Counted from the first letter of the stretch, positions 7,997-18,800 are shown. The stretch: 64,000 nucleotides of DNA from Candidatus Caldarchaeales archaeon (GCA_039630085.1 JBCNVM010000003.1:61338-125337); one strand, 5' to 3'. Notes: generated by a model not told the origin, from the letters alone. A program made the numbers and translations.

Positions 7997-9520
7997 TCAG
8001 GTCAGGTACCTCGTGCCGCCGCGGACTAGACTCCTGTAGAGGACCGCCGCGAAGGCTGCCACGTAGATCAAAGCGGCCGAGATGACCGTCAGCGTCGGGG
8101 AGCTGGCCAGCGGTTCGAGGGTCCTGAGGACGAGGACCGGGAGGGAGAGGAGGGCGGAGCCCGCAAGAGGGACGACGATGAAGACCAGCGAGCCCAGCGA
8201 GAGCGGCGAGGACTCGATCCTGACCGTCAGGGACGCGAGCACCGCGAGGGCTGAGCCGAAGTAAGACATGGACGCGAGCAGGATCAGGTCCACCGCGAGG
8301 AACGGCAACTCCCCGACGCCGACTGAGACGAGCGAGTAGAGGACGAGCGAGAACGGTAAGGAGACGGTCACGTAGGCCAACAGGAGGCCCGAGAGGTACT
8401 GCCTCTCGCTCCACGGCGACATCTTGACTAACCAGAGGTTCCTCCGCTCCGAGAGGCTCCAGTTTATCGCCAGAAGGGCGGGGAGCAGGGGCACATAGAG
8501 CGCGATCATCGTGAGCTGGGCCAGCTCGGGGAACTGGAAACCCCCCATCATCCTGGGGACCGCTGTGTTCCCGAGCGTGAGCAGTACGAGGATCGTCGCG
8601 CCCGTGAGAAGGCTACCCTCCCGAGCGACCCGCGTGAGGTGCAGGGAGTACATCAGTCCGGAGAGGCCGGAACTGGCCCTCAGTCCGAGCACACGAGACA
8701 GGACAGCTGGGATTGCGATGCGGGCCGTGATCGCCGTGGGTCTGTCCATCAGCGCCGAGACGAGCAGGGGCGTGACCGAGGGGTAGAAGTTCGTCCCCGA
8801 GAGCCTGAAGTACGCCGCCGACAAGACCGCGACGTAGGGGAGCAAGTACAGAAAGTCTGAGGCCGAGCCTCTTGTCACCGCGTGGGCGAGGATCAGGGCC
8901 GGGTGATACCTAAGCTCCGTCGGCCGGGGCACCCCGAGCGCGGAGAGCCCCAGGGGCATCAGGACCGACGCCATTAGACTCCAGCCGAGGAACCTCGAGG
9001 CCCCTTCGCCCAGCTTCGTCCTCGAGAGCCCGATGACGTGGGACAGCAATATCGCCGTCGCCATCGCGATCGCATAACACGGCATGGCGACCGTGAGGTA
9101 CGCTACATGGGCCGGGTAGGTGATGGTCCATATCATGAGGGCGACGGGCGGCACGACGAAGAGGGAGAGCATGACGAACTGGAAGAGCGCGTCCGAGACG
9201 AGGAAGGCCCTTGGCTTGACGCGCGATGGCAGGACGAAGTCAATCTCGTAGGGGAAGGCAGTAACCCCACCCTTCAAGCCTAGGTAGATGCCGGCAGCCA
9301 TTACCGCAATCACGGTGACCTCGGTCAGGACGGGGAGGAATCCCGTGGGACCCGAACCCGAAACGACGCCTGCGAACCGGAGCGCGAGCGAGAAGATGCC
9401 GGTCACGGCTAGCCAGAGGCTGTAGACGATTAAGAGGAAGACGAAGTTCCTCGGCCTGTCGAAGACGGACCCCAGGTAGTGACGGAGCTTGACCCTCAAC
9501 AGGACGAGAGCGACCCTCAT
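7997..9520 (-). CDS. ABC exporter-type permease
   Basis: About 12 or more hydrophobic segments; overlaps the stop of the ABC ATPase gene. Confidence 0.8.
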   Translation of the reverse strand: MRVALVLLRVKLRHYLGSVFDRPRNFVFLLIVYSLWLAVTGIFSLALRFAGVVSGSGPTGFLPVLTEVTVIAVMAAGIYLGLKGGVTAFPYEIDFVLPSRVKPRAFLVSDALFQFVMLSLFVVPPVALMIWTITYPAHVAYLTVAMPCYAIAMATAILLSHVIGLSRTKLGEGASRFLGWSLMASVLMPLGLSALGVPRPTELRYHPALILAHAVTRGSASDFLYLLPYVAVLSAAYFRLSGTNFYPSVTPLLVSALMDRPTAITARIAIPAVLSRVLGLRASSGLSGLMYSLHLTRVAREGSLLTGATILVLLTLGNTAVPRMMGGFQFPELAQLTMIALYVPLLPALLAINWSLSERRNLWLVKMSPWSERQYLSGLLLAYVTVSLPFSLVLYSLVSVGVGELPFLAVDLILLASMSYFGSALAVLASLTVRIESSPLSLGSLVFIVVPLAGSALLSLPVLVLRTLEPLASSPTLTVISAALIYVAAFAAVLYRSLVRGGTRYLT

Positions 9521-10266
9521 GTCCTCACCCGAGAGATCGTCCTCAGGAAGGCCTCCTCCAGTGACGCGGAGGAGTCGAGTCCCGACGACCGCTTGAGCTC
9601 ATCGACGCTTCCGGAGGCCAGGTCTTTCCCGCGGTGGACGATCGTCGCCGAGTCGCAGACCCTCTCTATCGTGTCGAGGAGGTGCGTGCTGACGAGCACT
9701 GAGCCGCCGCGCCTCGCCGTCTCCCTCATCTCTGCCTTCGCGACGCTCTGGGCTTCGGGGTCGAGGCCGTTGAAGGGTTCGTCGAGGACGAGGATGAGGG
9801 GGTCGTTGACGATCGCCGAGGCGAACGCGACCCGCTGCTTAAGGCCCTTCGAGAGGCCGAAGATCAGCTTGTCGAGGTAACCGTTCAACCCGAAGAGCTC
9901 CGCGACCTCCGAAACGCGGGTCCGCAACCCCGTCCCCTCGAGGCCCTTGAGCCTCGCGACGAAGACGAGGAACTCCCTCACGGTCAGGTACTCCGGAAGC
10001 GACGGGTTCTCGGGGAGGTACCCGATCAGGGACTTATGGGAGACGTCCTCCAGAACCGACCGGCCCGCTACCCTGACCTGGCCTCGGTCCGGCTTGAGCA
10101 GCCCCACGACGCACTTGACGGTCGTGGTCTTGCCGGCGCCGTTCAGCCCGAGCAGGCCGTGCACGCTCCCAGCCCCTACGAGCAGGTTGAGGCCCCGGAC
10201 CGCGAACTCACCGTCGAAACTCTTCCAGAGGTCCCTTACCTCTATCATCGTTTCGGTCAAACGCAT
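9517..10266 (-). CDS. ABC transporter ATP-binding protein
   Basis: Walker A GLNGAGKTT, signature LSKGLKQR, Walker B ILVLDEP, H-loop STH; start uncertain. Confidence 0.93.
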   Translation of the reverse strand: MRLTETMIEVRDLWKSFDGEFAVRGLNLLVGAGSVHGLLGLNGAGKTTTVKCVVGLLKPDRGQVRVAGRSVLEDVSHKSLIGYLPENPSLPEYLTVREFLVFVARLKGLEGTGLRTRVSEVAELFGLNGYLDKLIFGLSKGLKQRVAFASAIVNDPLILVLDEPFNGLDPEAQSVAKAEMRETARRGGSVLVSTHLLDTIERVCDSATIVHRGKDLASGSVDELKRSSGLDSSASLEEAFLRTISRVRT

Positions 10267-10397
10267 CCCTCTCCGTCTGATAACTGGGTGGCAGAACTTT
10301 TCCTTTCTCTCTGCGACCATATATTAGAGACCCAAATAATAGAAACAGTAAGGACCTTACCTATGGGATACCCTTATCAATTGGAAACTCAAGACAT

Positions 10398-12194
10398 ATG
10401 ACAATGAAAAAGCGAGACGCTCCCGCTAAGACCTCTAGCATAGTTATAAAGTTCAAAAGGTGGGACGTGCCCAAGAACTTCGAGGTTTTTGACAAGTATA
10501 AGGCGGGAATGAGCGAGGTCCTGATAGGCAGGGAGCCCGGCTCGCCGGCCCTGAAGTACGCGGTCCAGGATCCTCCGGTCAGCGACAAGGAGCTGGAGCA
10601 ACTCGGCGAGCTCGCGGGCGAGCTCATATACACGGTTAGGTCGAAGGAGGAGTTCACAAAGGAGAAGTTCGAAGAGGCGCTGAAGAAGAGAAGCCTGCAC
10701 AGCCCGGTCCTGCTCCACTACATCGAGAGGGAGCTGTGGGGATACGGGCCGCTGGCCGCAGTGATGGCCGACCCCAAGGTCGAGAACGTCGAGTGCAACA
10801 AGGCCAACAGCCCGGTGACCGTCACCCACACGGACTACGGCAGGATCGAGACCAACATGGTCTTCACAGACGAGGAGCTGGACAAGCTGGTGATGAGGCT
10901 CGCGCACCTCGCGGGGAAGAGCGTCTCGATCTTCAAGCCTTTCCTGGACGGTGTGACGATCCCCGGGGGTCACAGGTACACCTGCACCTATAGGACGGAG
11001 ATCTCCTCGAGCAGCACCTTCGCCATCAGGAAGTTCCCCGAGAAGCCCTGGACAATCACGAAGCTCTTACTCAACGAGACCATCACTCCCGAGATGGCAG
11101 CCTGGATCTGGCTGATGATCGAGACGAGGCAGGCTACGCTGGTCGCGGGGGTCATGGGCTCCGGCAAGACCTCGCTGATCAACGCGCTTGCTTCGTTCGT
11201 ACCGCCTCACATGAAGATTGGGAGCGCAGAGGACGTCCCCGAGTTCAGGCTCCCCCATACTTACTGGCTGAGGTACGTCATCAGGGAGGCCCAGACCATA
11301 GAGGGAACCGGGGCCGTTACCATCTTCGACCTCCTCAAGCTGCTGCTCAGGAGCAACGTCGACTACATCTTGGTCAACGAGATCAGGGGCGAGGACGCGA
11401 AGGTCTGGATGCAGGCCGTCGCGACCGGGCACGGCGGGGTCACCAGCATCCACGCGGAGGATCCGGAGAGCGTCTTCGCGAGGCTCGAGCAGCTCGGAAT
11501 TCCACCAGCCCACCTTTCGGCGCTGAAGGGGATCGCGTTCATCGGCTTCATCTTCCAGGACATAGGGAAGGGCTACTTCAAGAGGATCAGGAAGGTCAGG
11601 GAGTTCTACGAGGTGAAGCTCGGCGAGGGCGAGAAGGAGGTCAAGAGGCTCTTCTGGTACGAGGCCGGCCCGCAGGGAGGCCCCCGAAGCATCCCCTTAG
11701 AGGAGTTGCTCTCCACCAACTCCGCCAAGGTGGCCTCAGAGTACTTGGGGCTCTCTAAGGAGAGGCTCAAGGAGGAGTACCTCAACAGGGTTGAATTCCT
11801 CAAGTGGATGAGGGACATGGCGCTCGCAAAACCCGAGACGGCCGAGATGGAGTACGTCAAGCAGTTCATGACGAACTTCTACATCGACAAGACCTTCTAC
11901 AAGTCGATCCCCGTCCCCGTGAGAACCGAGCCCGTGCATAAGGAGAAGAAGGAAATTCCGGTCGTTAAGCCGAAGGTGACCATTCAGGGACTGACGCCAA
12001 CAGTTGTGACTGAGGCTAAGACTGCGGCCGAGTCCGGTGATAAGGGGCTGGGCGACATCAAGCTCGTGGGCGTCGGCGACTTGGTCCTGAGGCCTCCGAG
12101 GGTGGTCAAGAAGGGCAAGATGGTCGAGGCTGAGGAGGAGGCGGAGGAGGAATCCGGCGGGATTCTCTCTAGGCTCAGGAGGGAGAGGGGGTAG
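10398..12194 (+). CDS. Type IV pilus/type II secretion assembly ATPase (FlaI/TadA/VirB11 family)
   Basis: AIRKFP, Walker A GVMGSGKTS, Asp box AEDVPE, Walker B ILVNEIRG, His box ATGHGGVTSIHA; about 100-aa low-complexity C-terminal tail. Confidence 0.93.
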   Translation: MTMKKRDAPAKTSSIVIKFKRWDVPKNFEVFDKYKAGMSEVLIGREPGSPALKYAVQDPPVSDKELEQLGELAGELIYTVRSKEEFTKEKFEEALKKRSLHSPVLLHYIERELWGYGPLAAVMADPKVENVECNKANSPVTVTHTDYGRIETNMVFTDEELDKLVMRLAHLAGKSVSIFKPFLDGVTIPGGHRYTCTYRTEISSSSTFAIRKFPEKPWTITKLLLNETITPEMAAWIWLMIETRQATLVAGVMGSGKTSLINALASFVPPHMKIGSAEDVPEFRLPHTYWLRYVIREAQTIEGTGAVTIFDLLKLLLRSNVDYILVNEIRGEDAKVWMQAVATGHGGVTSIHAEDPESVFARLEQLGIPPAHLSALKGIAFIGFIFQDIGKGYFKRIRKVREFYEVKLGEGEKEVKRLFWYEAGPQGGPRSIPLEELLSTNSAKVASEYLGLSKERLKEEYLNRVEFLKWMRDMALAKPETAEMEYVKQFMTNFYIDKTFYKSIPVPVRTEPVHKEKKEIPVVKPKVTIQGLTPTVVTEAKTAAESGDKGLGDIKLVGVGDLVLRPPRVVKKGKMVEAEEEAEEESGGILSRLRRERG

Positions 12195-12197
12195 CCC

Positions 12198-13859
12198 ATG
12201 GCGCTGGCAGGCAGGCTCGAGCGTTTCCTCGCGAACTACATCTACCTCAGCGGGATCAACGTGCTCCCGAGCAGTTACGCCAAAAGGGTCCTCAACTTGC
12301 TGATGGCGTCGGCTGCGCTCTCGGGTTTCCTGGTCTACTTCTCGCTGGTCGTCGTGGGAGTTCCGGCCTTCGTGATCGTGGGGGTGATGCCGCTCGCCTA
12401 CTCCGTTTACCTCCTCTTCAGGCCCGTGGTCAAGGCGAGAGCCCTTGAGTCCGGCTGCGTAAGGGAGCTGCCCTACGTCGCCGCCCTCATGACCTCGTAC
12501 GCTGCGGTGGGAATTCCGCCTCACAGGAGCATGGCGGTAGCGGGGATGAAGGAGAGGCTGTTCCCCTACTTCTCCAAGCTGGTCAAAAGGATCGAGACGG
12601 TCCGTATGGTGGCCGTCAAGGACGTCCTAGAGACGATCGAGGAGGAGGCCGACAGACTCAACTCGCTAACGCTCAAGGACTACCTGCAGTCGGCGGTCGG
12701 AGCCGAACGCGGCGGCGGTGGAATGTATAACGTCCTGAAGGACAAGATGAGGTCCCTGTTCAACGATCTTAGGGAGAGGTACAAGGCCCTCGGCGATCAG
12801 CTCAGGCTCTTCGGGGACCTGCTGCTCGTCTTCTTCGGGGTGCTGCCGCTCCTCCTCTACACCATGCTGACGGTCTTCGCGAGCGACATGGCCATCGACA
12901 CCTCCAGGACCTTCACGTTCATCATCACACCGATGCTGGTCCTAGTCCTCGGGATTATGATAGACTCGGGATATCCTTCTACCCCCCAGAGCTTCGATAA
13001 GTACTACGTCAGGACGCTCACCATCGGACTGCCCATCGCAGCCGCCGTCGCAGCCGTGATCTACTTCTCACCGACCATGGCCGAAGCGGTGCTGGGTGCG
13101 AGGTTGCTTCAGTACAAGCTGGCCTTCGCGCTGGGCGGGGCCCTCGTAGCGATATCTGCAGTGGGAACGTGGATCTTCTACAGGGACTACAACTTCATGA
13201 ACGGAGTGGACTTCGCGATCCCGAGCTTCGTCAGGGACCTGACCGAGGAGGTGAAGAAGGGGAAGAGCCCCGCGATGGCGATCATCTACCTCGCCGAGGC
13301 GAGGAGCTACGGGAAGCACTTCGACTCCGTTCTTCATCACATTGCGGCCCAGCTCAAGGTCGGGAGGAGCATCAGGGAGTCCCTCGAGCCGTACAGGGGG
13401 AAGATATCATGGAGGTCCGAGCTTGTCCTCGACCTGATTGCGGACGCGGAGGAGCTCGGCGCCCAAAAGGAGATCTTCGAGGAGCTGACCGAGATCAGCA
13501 GGGAGGTTAGGGACGCGATCAGGGTCGCGAAGGCGAAGACGACCGGGTTCAAGTTCTTCGGGCTGATGGTCGCGGTGCTGATGATCTTCATCGCCGCGCT
13601 GTTGATCAAGCAGATCATCATCCCTCTGGCGAACCTGGCGGTGACCGTCCCCCAGTCGATCGGCCTCGGAGGGATTAGGCTGCTGAGGCCCGATCAGCTC
13701 CCGATGCTGATTGATAACATCTCGGCGGGGATAGTGCTCAACGCGACCTTCCTCGGGATGCTGACCGGGAAGATGAGCGAGGGGATAACAGCCGCGGGCT
13801 TTCTATATGCGGTCATCTACACCATCGCGGCGGTGATCGCGATGGGGGTGTTGTTCTGA
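12198..13859 (+). CDS. Type IV pilus membrane platform protein (TadC/FlaJ, T2SS-F family)
   Basis: Two repeated cytoplasmic domains (RELPYVAALMTSYAAVG and FAIPSFVRDLTEEVKKG), each followed by TM helices; directly after the ATPase. Confidence 0.88.
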   Translation: MALAGRLERFLANYIYLSGINVLPSSYAKRVLNLLMASAALSGFLVYFSLVVVGVPAFVIVGVMPLAYSVYLLFRPVVKARALESGCVRELPYVAALMTSYAAVGIPPHRSMAVAGMKERLFPYFSKLVKRIETVRMVAVKDVLETIEEEADRLNSLTLKDYLQSAVGAERGGGGMYNVLKDKMRSLFNDLRERYKALGDQLRLFGDLLLVFFGVLPLLLYTMLTVFASDMAIDTSRTFTFIITPMLVLVLGIMIDSGYPSTPQSFDKYYVRTLTIGLPIAAAVAAVIYFSPTMAEAVLGARLLQYKLAFALGGALVAISAVGTWIFYRDYNFMNGVDFAIPSFVRDLTEEVKKGKSPAMAIIYLAEARSYGKHFDSVLHHIAAQLKVGRSIRESLEPYRGKISWRSELVLDLIADAEELGAQKEIFEELTEISREVRDAIRVAKAKTTGFKFFGLMVAVLMIFIAALLIKQIIIPLANLAVTVPQSIGLGGIRLLRPDQLPMLIDNISAGIVLNATFLGMLTGKMSEGITAAGFLYAVIYTIAAVIAMGVLF

Positions 13860-13860
13860 G

Positions 13861-15342
13861 ATGAGGGCTACGTTCGGTCAGCGGCCTGGGTCGAATAAGG
13901 GGGGCCAAGTCATGATAACTGCCGCTTCGGTCATGACGGTCATCCTGCTGATCGTCGCAGCTGGACTTCCCGTGATCAACGTCGGCATCGATCCGTCCAG
14001 CGAGGTTTTCGCCATAAAGAAGACGCTCTCGGAGAACATGGTCCCAAGGCTAATAGAGGAAATCGGCGCCCATCAGTGCGCGTATCAGATGATTCATGGG
14101 AGAGACCTGCCCGCCGACAAGCTTAAGTCGTTGGCTAATGAGGTCGCCTCCAAGTTCAGAGATCAGCTGACGAAGATCATAGAGGGCAGACTCAAGAGCG
14201 TCTCCGGCAAGGACTACGAGGTCACCAAGATTGAGGTGAAGAAGGCCTCAGTCGTCTCGAGCTGGGACAGAGGCTCTAAGGTCGCAGAGCTGAAGGTGGA
14301 CGTCCGAGTGGACGTGACGTACAAGCAAAAGGGGAGTAACCGCGCCAACACGGTGAGTTACTCGGAGACTTTCCTTGTGACTAGCAGCCCGAGTAAGGGG
14401 GGCTTTTACAGGGAGCTGAGTCCTAACGTCGGGATCGTATCTATTATTTACTTGATAGTAGGATTCTTGCCGATCGTGGGGCCCGCTACAGAGTTCCTGA
14501 AGTTCAGGAACGTGATGATCGGCTTCAACGTTGGTCTCAGTTATTTCGACGAGAATACCAAAAGGGACGTCAAGGTCGGAGCCCTCGCGGGGAAGCCCTA
14601 TGTACACAATCACGGGAACACAAGACTAAGAGTCATCGGAGTCAACAGAGCCGGGTTTAAGTCCTTCGTGTACACGACTGACCCTACCATAGCCGCGAAA
14701 ACCGGCGAGTACAGGGTTTGGAGGGCAGTCGAATGGACAGAATGGATGGGGGTGGACTGGGTTGGGGTTGCGCTGTCGGTCATACCACCTCTAAAATTAG
14801 GGAAATTTGTGACCAAGCTTCCGAAGGCTATGAAGTCTGACGAGGAACCCTCAGACGCACTCTACAGCAGCATAGGAAGGTCTTATTGGGAGATAATGAG
14901 GACTCAGTTGTCAAAGACGTTCAATACTGCAGAGGTCAAGCCGACATCGAAGGCGCACTCCCATGATCCGGGTTACTATCAGTACAGAGAGAAAATCAAA
15001 GACCCCCCAGCGGTACCGAACACGAAAGGACACCTTGATGATGCTTTCAACGCAGTCGACGGTGAAACGCTCATCAATACCATGACTGAGATCGTTGAAA
15101 TTCAGGCTGAAAATGCGGTGACTCCCGACTGGTTGAAAAGATATCGTGAAGCCGCCCGGACGTACGGTAAGATTTTCTCCGATATAGACGTCAGCGAGGA
15201 GTCTCTCTACTCCTCATCGGGTGCAGGGAAAATACCTGTCTTCTTCCAGAGGAGGGATCCTCTCCTGCTCTTCTCTTTCCCGCGACCTAACGGAATCAAG
15301 ACGTACTCAGGCTGCATCTGGTTGACGGGGATACTGCAATGA
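13861..15342 (+). CDS. Large pilin-like protein (candidate adhesin or effector) with low-GC interior
   Basis: NKGG|QVMITAASVMTVILLIVAAG class III-like leader; internal hydrophobic motifs; visibly lower GC. Confidence 0.6.
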   Translation: MRATFGQRPGSNKGGQVMITAASVMTVILLIVAAGLPVINVGIDPSSEVFAIKKTLSENMVPRLIEEIGAHQCAYQMIHGRDLPADKLKSLANEVASKFRDQLTKIIEGRLKSVSGKDYEVTKIEVKKASVVSSWDRGSKVAELKVDVRVDVTYKQKGSNRANTVSYSETFLVTSSPSKGGFYRELSPNVGIVSIIYLIVGFLPIVGPATEFLKFRNVMIGFNVGLSYFDENTKRDVKVGALAGKPYVHNHGNTRLRVIGVNRAGFKSFVYTTDPTIAAKTGEYRVWRAVEWTEWMGVDWVGVALSVIPPLKLGKFVTKLPKAMKSDEEPSDALYSSIGRSYWEIMRTQLSKTFNTAEVKPTSKAHSHDPGYYQYREKIKDPPAVPNTKGHLDDAFNAVDGETLINTMTEIVEIQAENAVTPDWLKRYREAARTYGKIFSDIDVSEESLYSSSGAGKIPVFFQRRDPLLLFSFPRPNGIKTYSGCIWLTGILQ

Positions 15343-15890
15343 TCAAGGCTCGAAGTCCCTCCAATCGCAGCAGAGTGGCTCAGGCCAGCGTCACCTTTGT
15401 CGTCCTAACCGTTCTCCTCGCACTAGTGGGCTTGGGTTACTCGATGGCAACCCTGCAGCTGAGCGCGGTCGAGTCTCCCGTCTGGGACGCGGTCGAGTCT
15501 ATCAACAGGGCTATCCAGAAGGTCTACGGCCTGCCGGAAAGGTCCGCGACGCTCACGGTGTACGTGCCGAAGGACTCGGCGATCAGGATCGCAGCTCAGG
15601 GGGAGGACCGACTGGTGATTGAGGCGATCGGCGCCCTCGGCGACAGGAGGTATAGGATCCTCGACGCTGACGCGTGGAACATACTCGACGAAAGGGCGAC
15701 GAGACTGACTTCTGACGGCCGGCTGACCGTAACGTACGGCAGACCTCCCGAGCTGCCGATCACGCTCTCAGGCCGCGAGGTTGTCCTAGGACCAGGGCGG
15801 CACACGATCGTGCTGAAGAACATCAACGGCTACGCGCTTCAAATCTTAGTCGTGGAGCGGGGCCTCCCGACCGAGGTGATCACGAGGTGA
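15339..15890 (+). CDS. Minor pilin-like protein
   Basis: RSRVA|QASVTFVVLTVLLALVGLG; overlaps both neighbours by 4 nt. Confidence 0.7.
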   Translation: MIKARSPSNRSRVAQASVTFVVLTVLLALVGLGYSMATLQLSAVESPVWDAVESINRAIQKVYGLPERSATLTVYVPKDSAIRIAAQGEDRLVIEAIGALGDRRYRILDADAWNILDERATRLTSDGRLTVTYGRPPELPITLSGREVVLGPGRHTIVLKNINGYALQILVVERGLPTEVITR

Positions 15891-18800
15891 AGACGTCGAG
15901 GCTCCCCCTAGCGCTTGCACTTTTGGCACTGCTCGCGGTCCCCGCGGTCGCCGAGAACTCCCCGCTTCCGCCCGGCGAGTCAGAGGACCTTGCAGTCGCG
16001 GTCGCGCCCTCGGGTCACCTCATGGTCTCTTACATAGTTGCTTACCCGATCGGGTCGCTGAACGCGGTCGCCGAGGCCCTTCGTCCGACGTCGGATGGCT
16101 CCGCGGTGCTATTCATCAGCGCGAAAAAGTTAGCCAACAACGGGACCGCGTTCCTCGAGGTAGCTGGAGTGGCCGACGAAGCCCGGGTCGGCGGCGTCGC
16201 GAGAACTTTCGCCTCGGTCACCGGCCTGAGGTTCGAGGGGACTGGTCAGACCGGACAGTTCGTTGCGTCCGCGACGTGGAGGGACCTGATGAGGGTCGTC
16301 GAGGCACTGAGGCCCGCAACGGATGGTGGGTTCTCACCTCATCTGAAGAAGGAACTCCTTGAGAGGTTTGACGAGGCGACGGTCGTGATCAGCGTATCGA
16401 GGATGGGGTGGGGCGTGACGACTTCCCTCGAGGTGCGCCTTCTCAAGAAGCTTCAAGTCCAGAGCGACGCGAGGGAACACTCCGTCGATGTCCTGCGGGA
16501 GTTGGGAGTTAGCGAACTCCGGCCCGCAAGGGGAGCTCTGCTCAACGTGATCCTCATGCCGCCCTTCGGGACCCAGCGGTTCAACTACGAGGTCACGCCT
16601 AGGTCGGTCTCCCTGAGGCCTGTGGCCGAGGGCATCGACGCCTACTTCGCCATGCTCAACGGCTCAAGCGTCATCACATCGCTTCGCTTCGGGTTCGCCT
16701 ATGAGTTCGGGTCCGGCGCGCTGAGGGACCTGCCGACGGACTTCCTTAAGTTCGTCGAGAGGATCGAGAGGGCAGCAGCGCTCGTCAACAGGACCTCGCC
16801 GCCACCTCCCGCCTCGCCCGCCTCACCGGGGCAGGAGCCAAGGCCATCGGATGAAGGCGCAGAGGAGTCGCCGGAACCCGAGACCCCCGATACGGGAATC
16901 GTGGACAGGTCCCCTGCGGGCGGGCCCACGGAGGCGTTGAGGAGGATGCTTCCGCCGGTCGAGGGAGCTGGCAGGACCGTACAGATCGACCCGCTGCACC
17001 TCATGGTCATAGTCGTCTCAGCTACAGGATTCCTAGCCTTCGCGTCACTCTACGTGAGGGGCAGGGGACTGTCGAGGAAGGGAGCGGCCTCTCTGGTCGT
17101 GCTTCTGCTAATCACGCTCTCGCTGGCGCTTCCGGTATTGGCGATCAGCGCCGTCAGGGCGGAGCGCGCCTCGGGAGGACTCGAGTCGATACTGGAGGTT
17201 GAGCAGTTCCATCCTAGCGGAGCGCCATCAGACCTCGAGATACCGCTGCTTTTCCCGGGCTTCAAGAAGATAGACAAGGTGAGCAAGACTTTCATCTCGT
17301 TCGAGGACATCAACGTCGTCGCGACGCCGGGACTTCGCTCGCCTTACGTCCCGCAGGGCTACGAGAAGCTCCTCGCGACGTTGGGAATCGACCTCAGGCT
17401 GATACAGGTAGCTGGCCTGATACTCGGCGGAGGCCTGAACCCGCTCGGGATGTTCAAAGGGATGACAGTCGCTCACGGCTCCACATCGGTCTTCTTGGTG
17501 AATGAGGAAGTGGGAGCCAACGTCTTCATCGCCTTCAAGGCGAGGCCGAGCAGCACGCTCAAGTCGATGCTGAACGTGATCAACAGCGTTTACAGGGTCG
17601 GTTACGCCCTATATCACTCGACGGTCTGCTTTCCGGGTGACGGCTGCCTGCACCCGATCGGTTGGTCGATGATGGTCGCCTCGACTCTGGCGGCCGTCGC
17701 TCTCGCCCTCATCGCGCCCGGCTTCGCGGTGTACGCGCTCGCCTCCTACCCGGTAGTCGTCAACGACGAGCTGTACGCGACGCTCTCCTTTAAGGACGGC
17801 GAGTGGGCGAAGGACAAGGAGAGGCTCTGGCTCGCCGAAGAGAGGTACATGGTCTCTCTGGCCATCCTGATCATGATACTGAGGGCTCCCACGCTCTCGG
17901 GCTGGAAGAGCTCCGAGAATCTCGCAGACATCCCGCTCACGGCTTCGTTCCACGTCTCCTCCGACGCCGACTCGGGCTGGAAGCTGACCGAGTTACTGGG
18001 CGTCTACTCGGGCGACAGGGGGCTTAAGGTCTCGGTGGACTTCAAGGACGCTCTGGGTATATTCGAGCTCCTCGAGTCCCTCTTCGGACTCTTCCAAGGC
18101 GCATGGTCCTCTCTGGTCTCACACGTTGCGGGCTCGCTCTCCGAGCAGGAATCAGTCCTGAGACAGATCGCGTCCGAACTCCGGTCGTTGAAAGTCGGTA
18201 ACGAGCTTCTCGTGGGAGCGGCAAGCAAGCTCGACCGCGCGGTGACACTCCTCGCGGATGCCAGGCTGAAACTCGGCGCGAGGAACTGTGCGGGCGCTCT
18301 ACAGAACGTCGAGGGCGCGAGGACTTCGATAAGGAGCGCGATTCAAGACCTCCAGCCGCTAGCTTCGGATTCAGGAATCGGGGCTGTCATACAGCATTAC
18401 ATCAGGGAACTCGAGAGGGTGGAGGCGTCGCTCGCCGAGTACACCGAGCAGATCAACGGATTGTGCGCGCCGTACAACTTCTCCGCAGAGCCGCCGACCG
18501 ACCCCGAGACCATCCCCGACGAGAGGAAGCTCACCCTTTCGTTCATCGTATTGTCCGCCACGCCGATGGTAACTGAAGCCGTTCATTACAAGTCCAGCTC
18601 GACCATCTCGCTGCGAGCGTACTGGGGATGGAACCCGCTTCCGGGAATCGCGTACGGCTTAGAGAAGACGGTGAGGGAGATCTTCAGGTTCGCCAAGACC
18701 GTCGCCTACAACGAGCTGGACAGGTTGGACGGAGCCGTTAACTCCATCGCGGGCGAAGTCGCCGGGACGCTCTCGAGACCCCTCGACGCGCTGGTCGGCG

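Noticed and set aside
10398-13859. Archaellum (FlaI/FlaJ) operon
   Set aside because: No FlaH-like ATPase, FlaF/G or archaellin-like genes seen; the many diverse pilin-like genes fit a pilus better.
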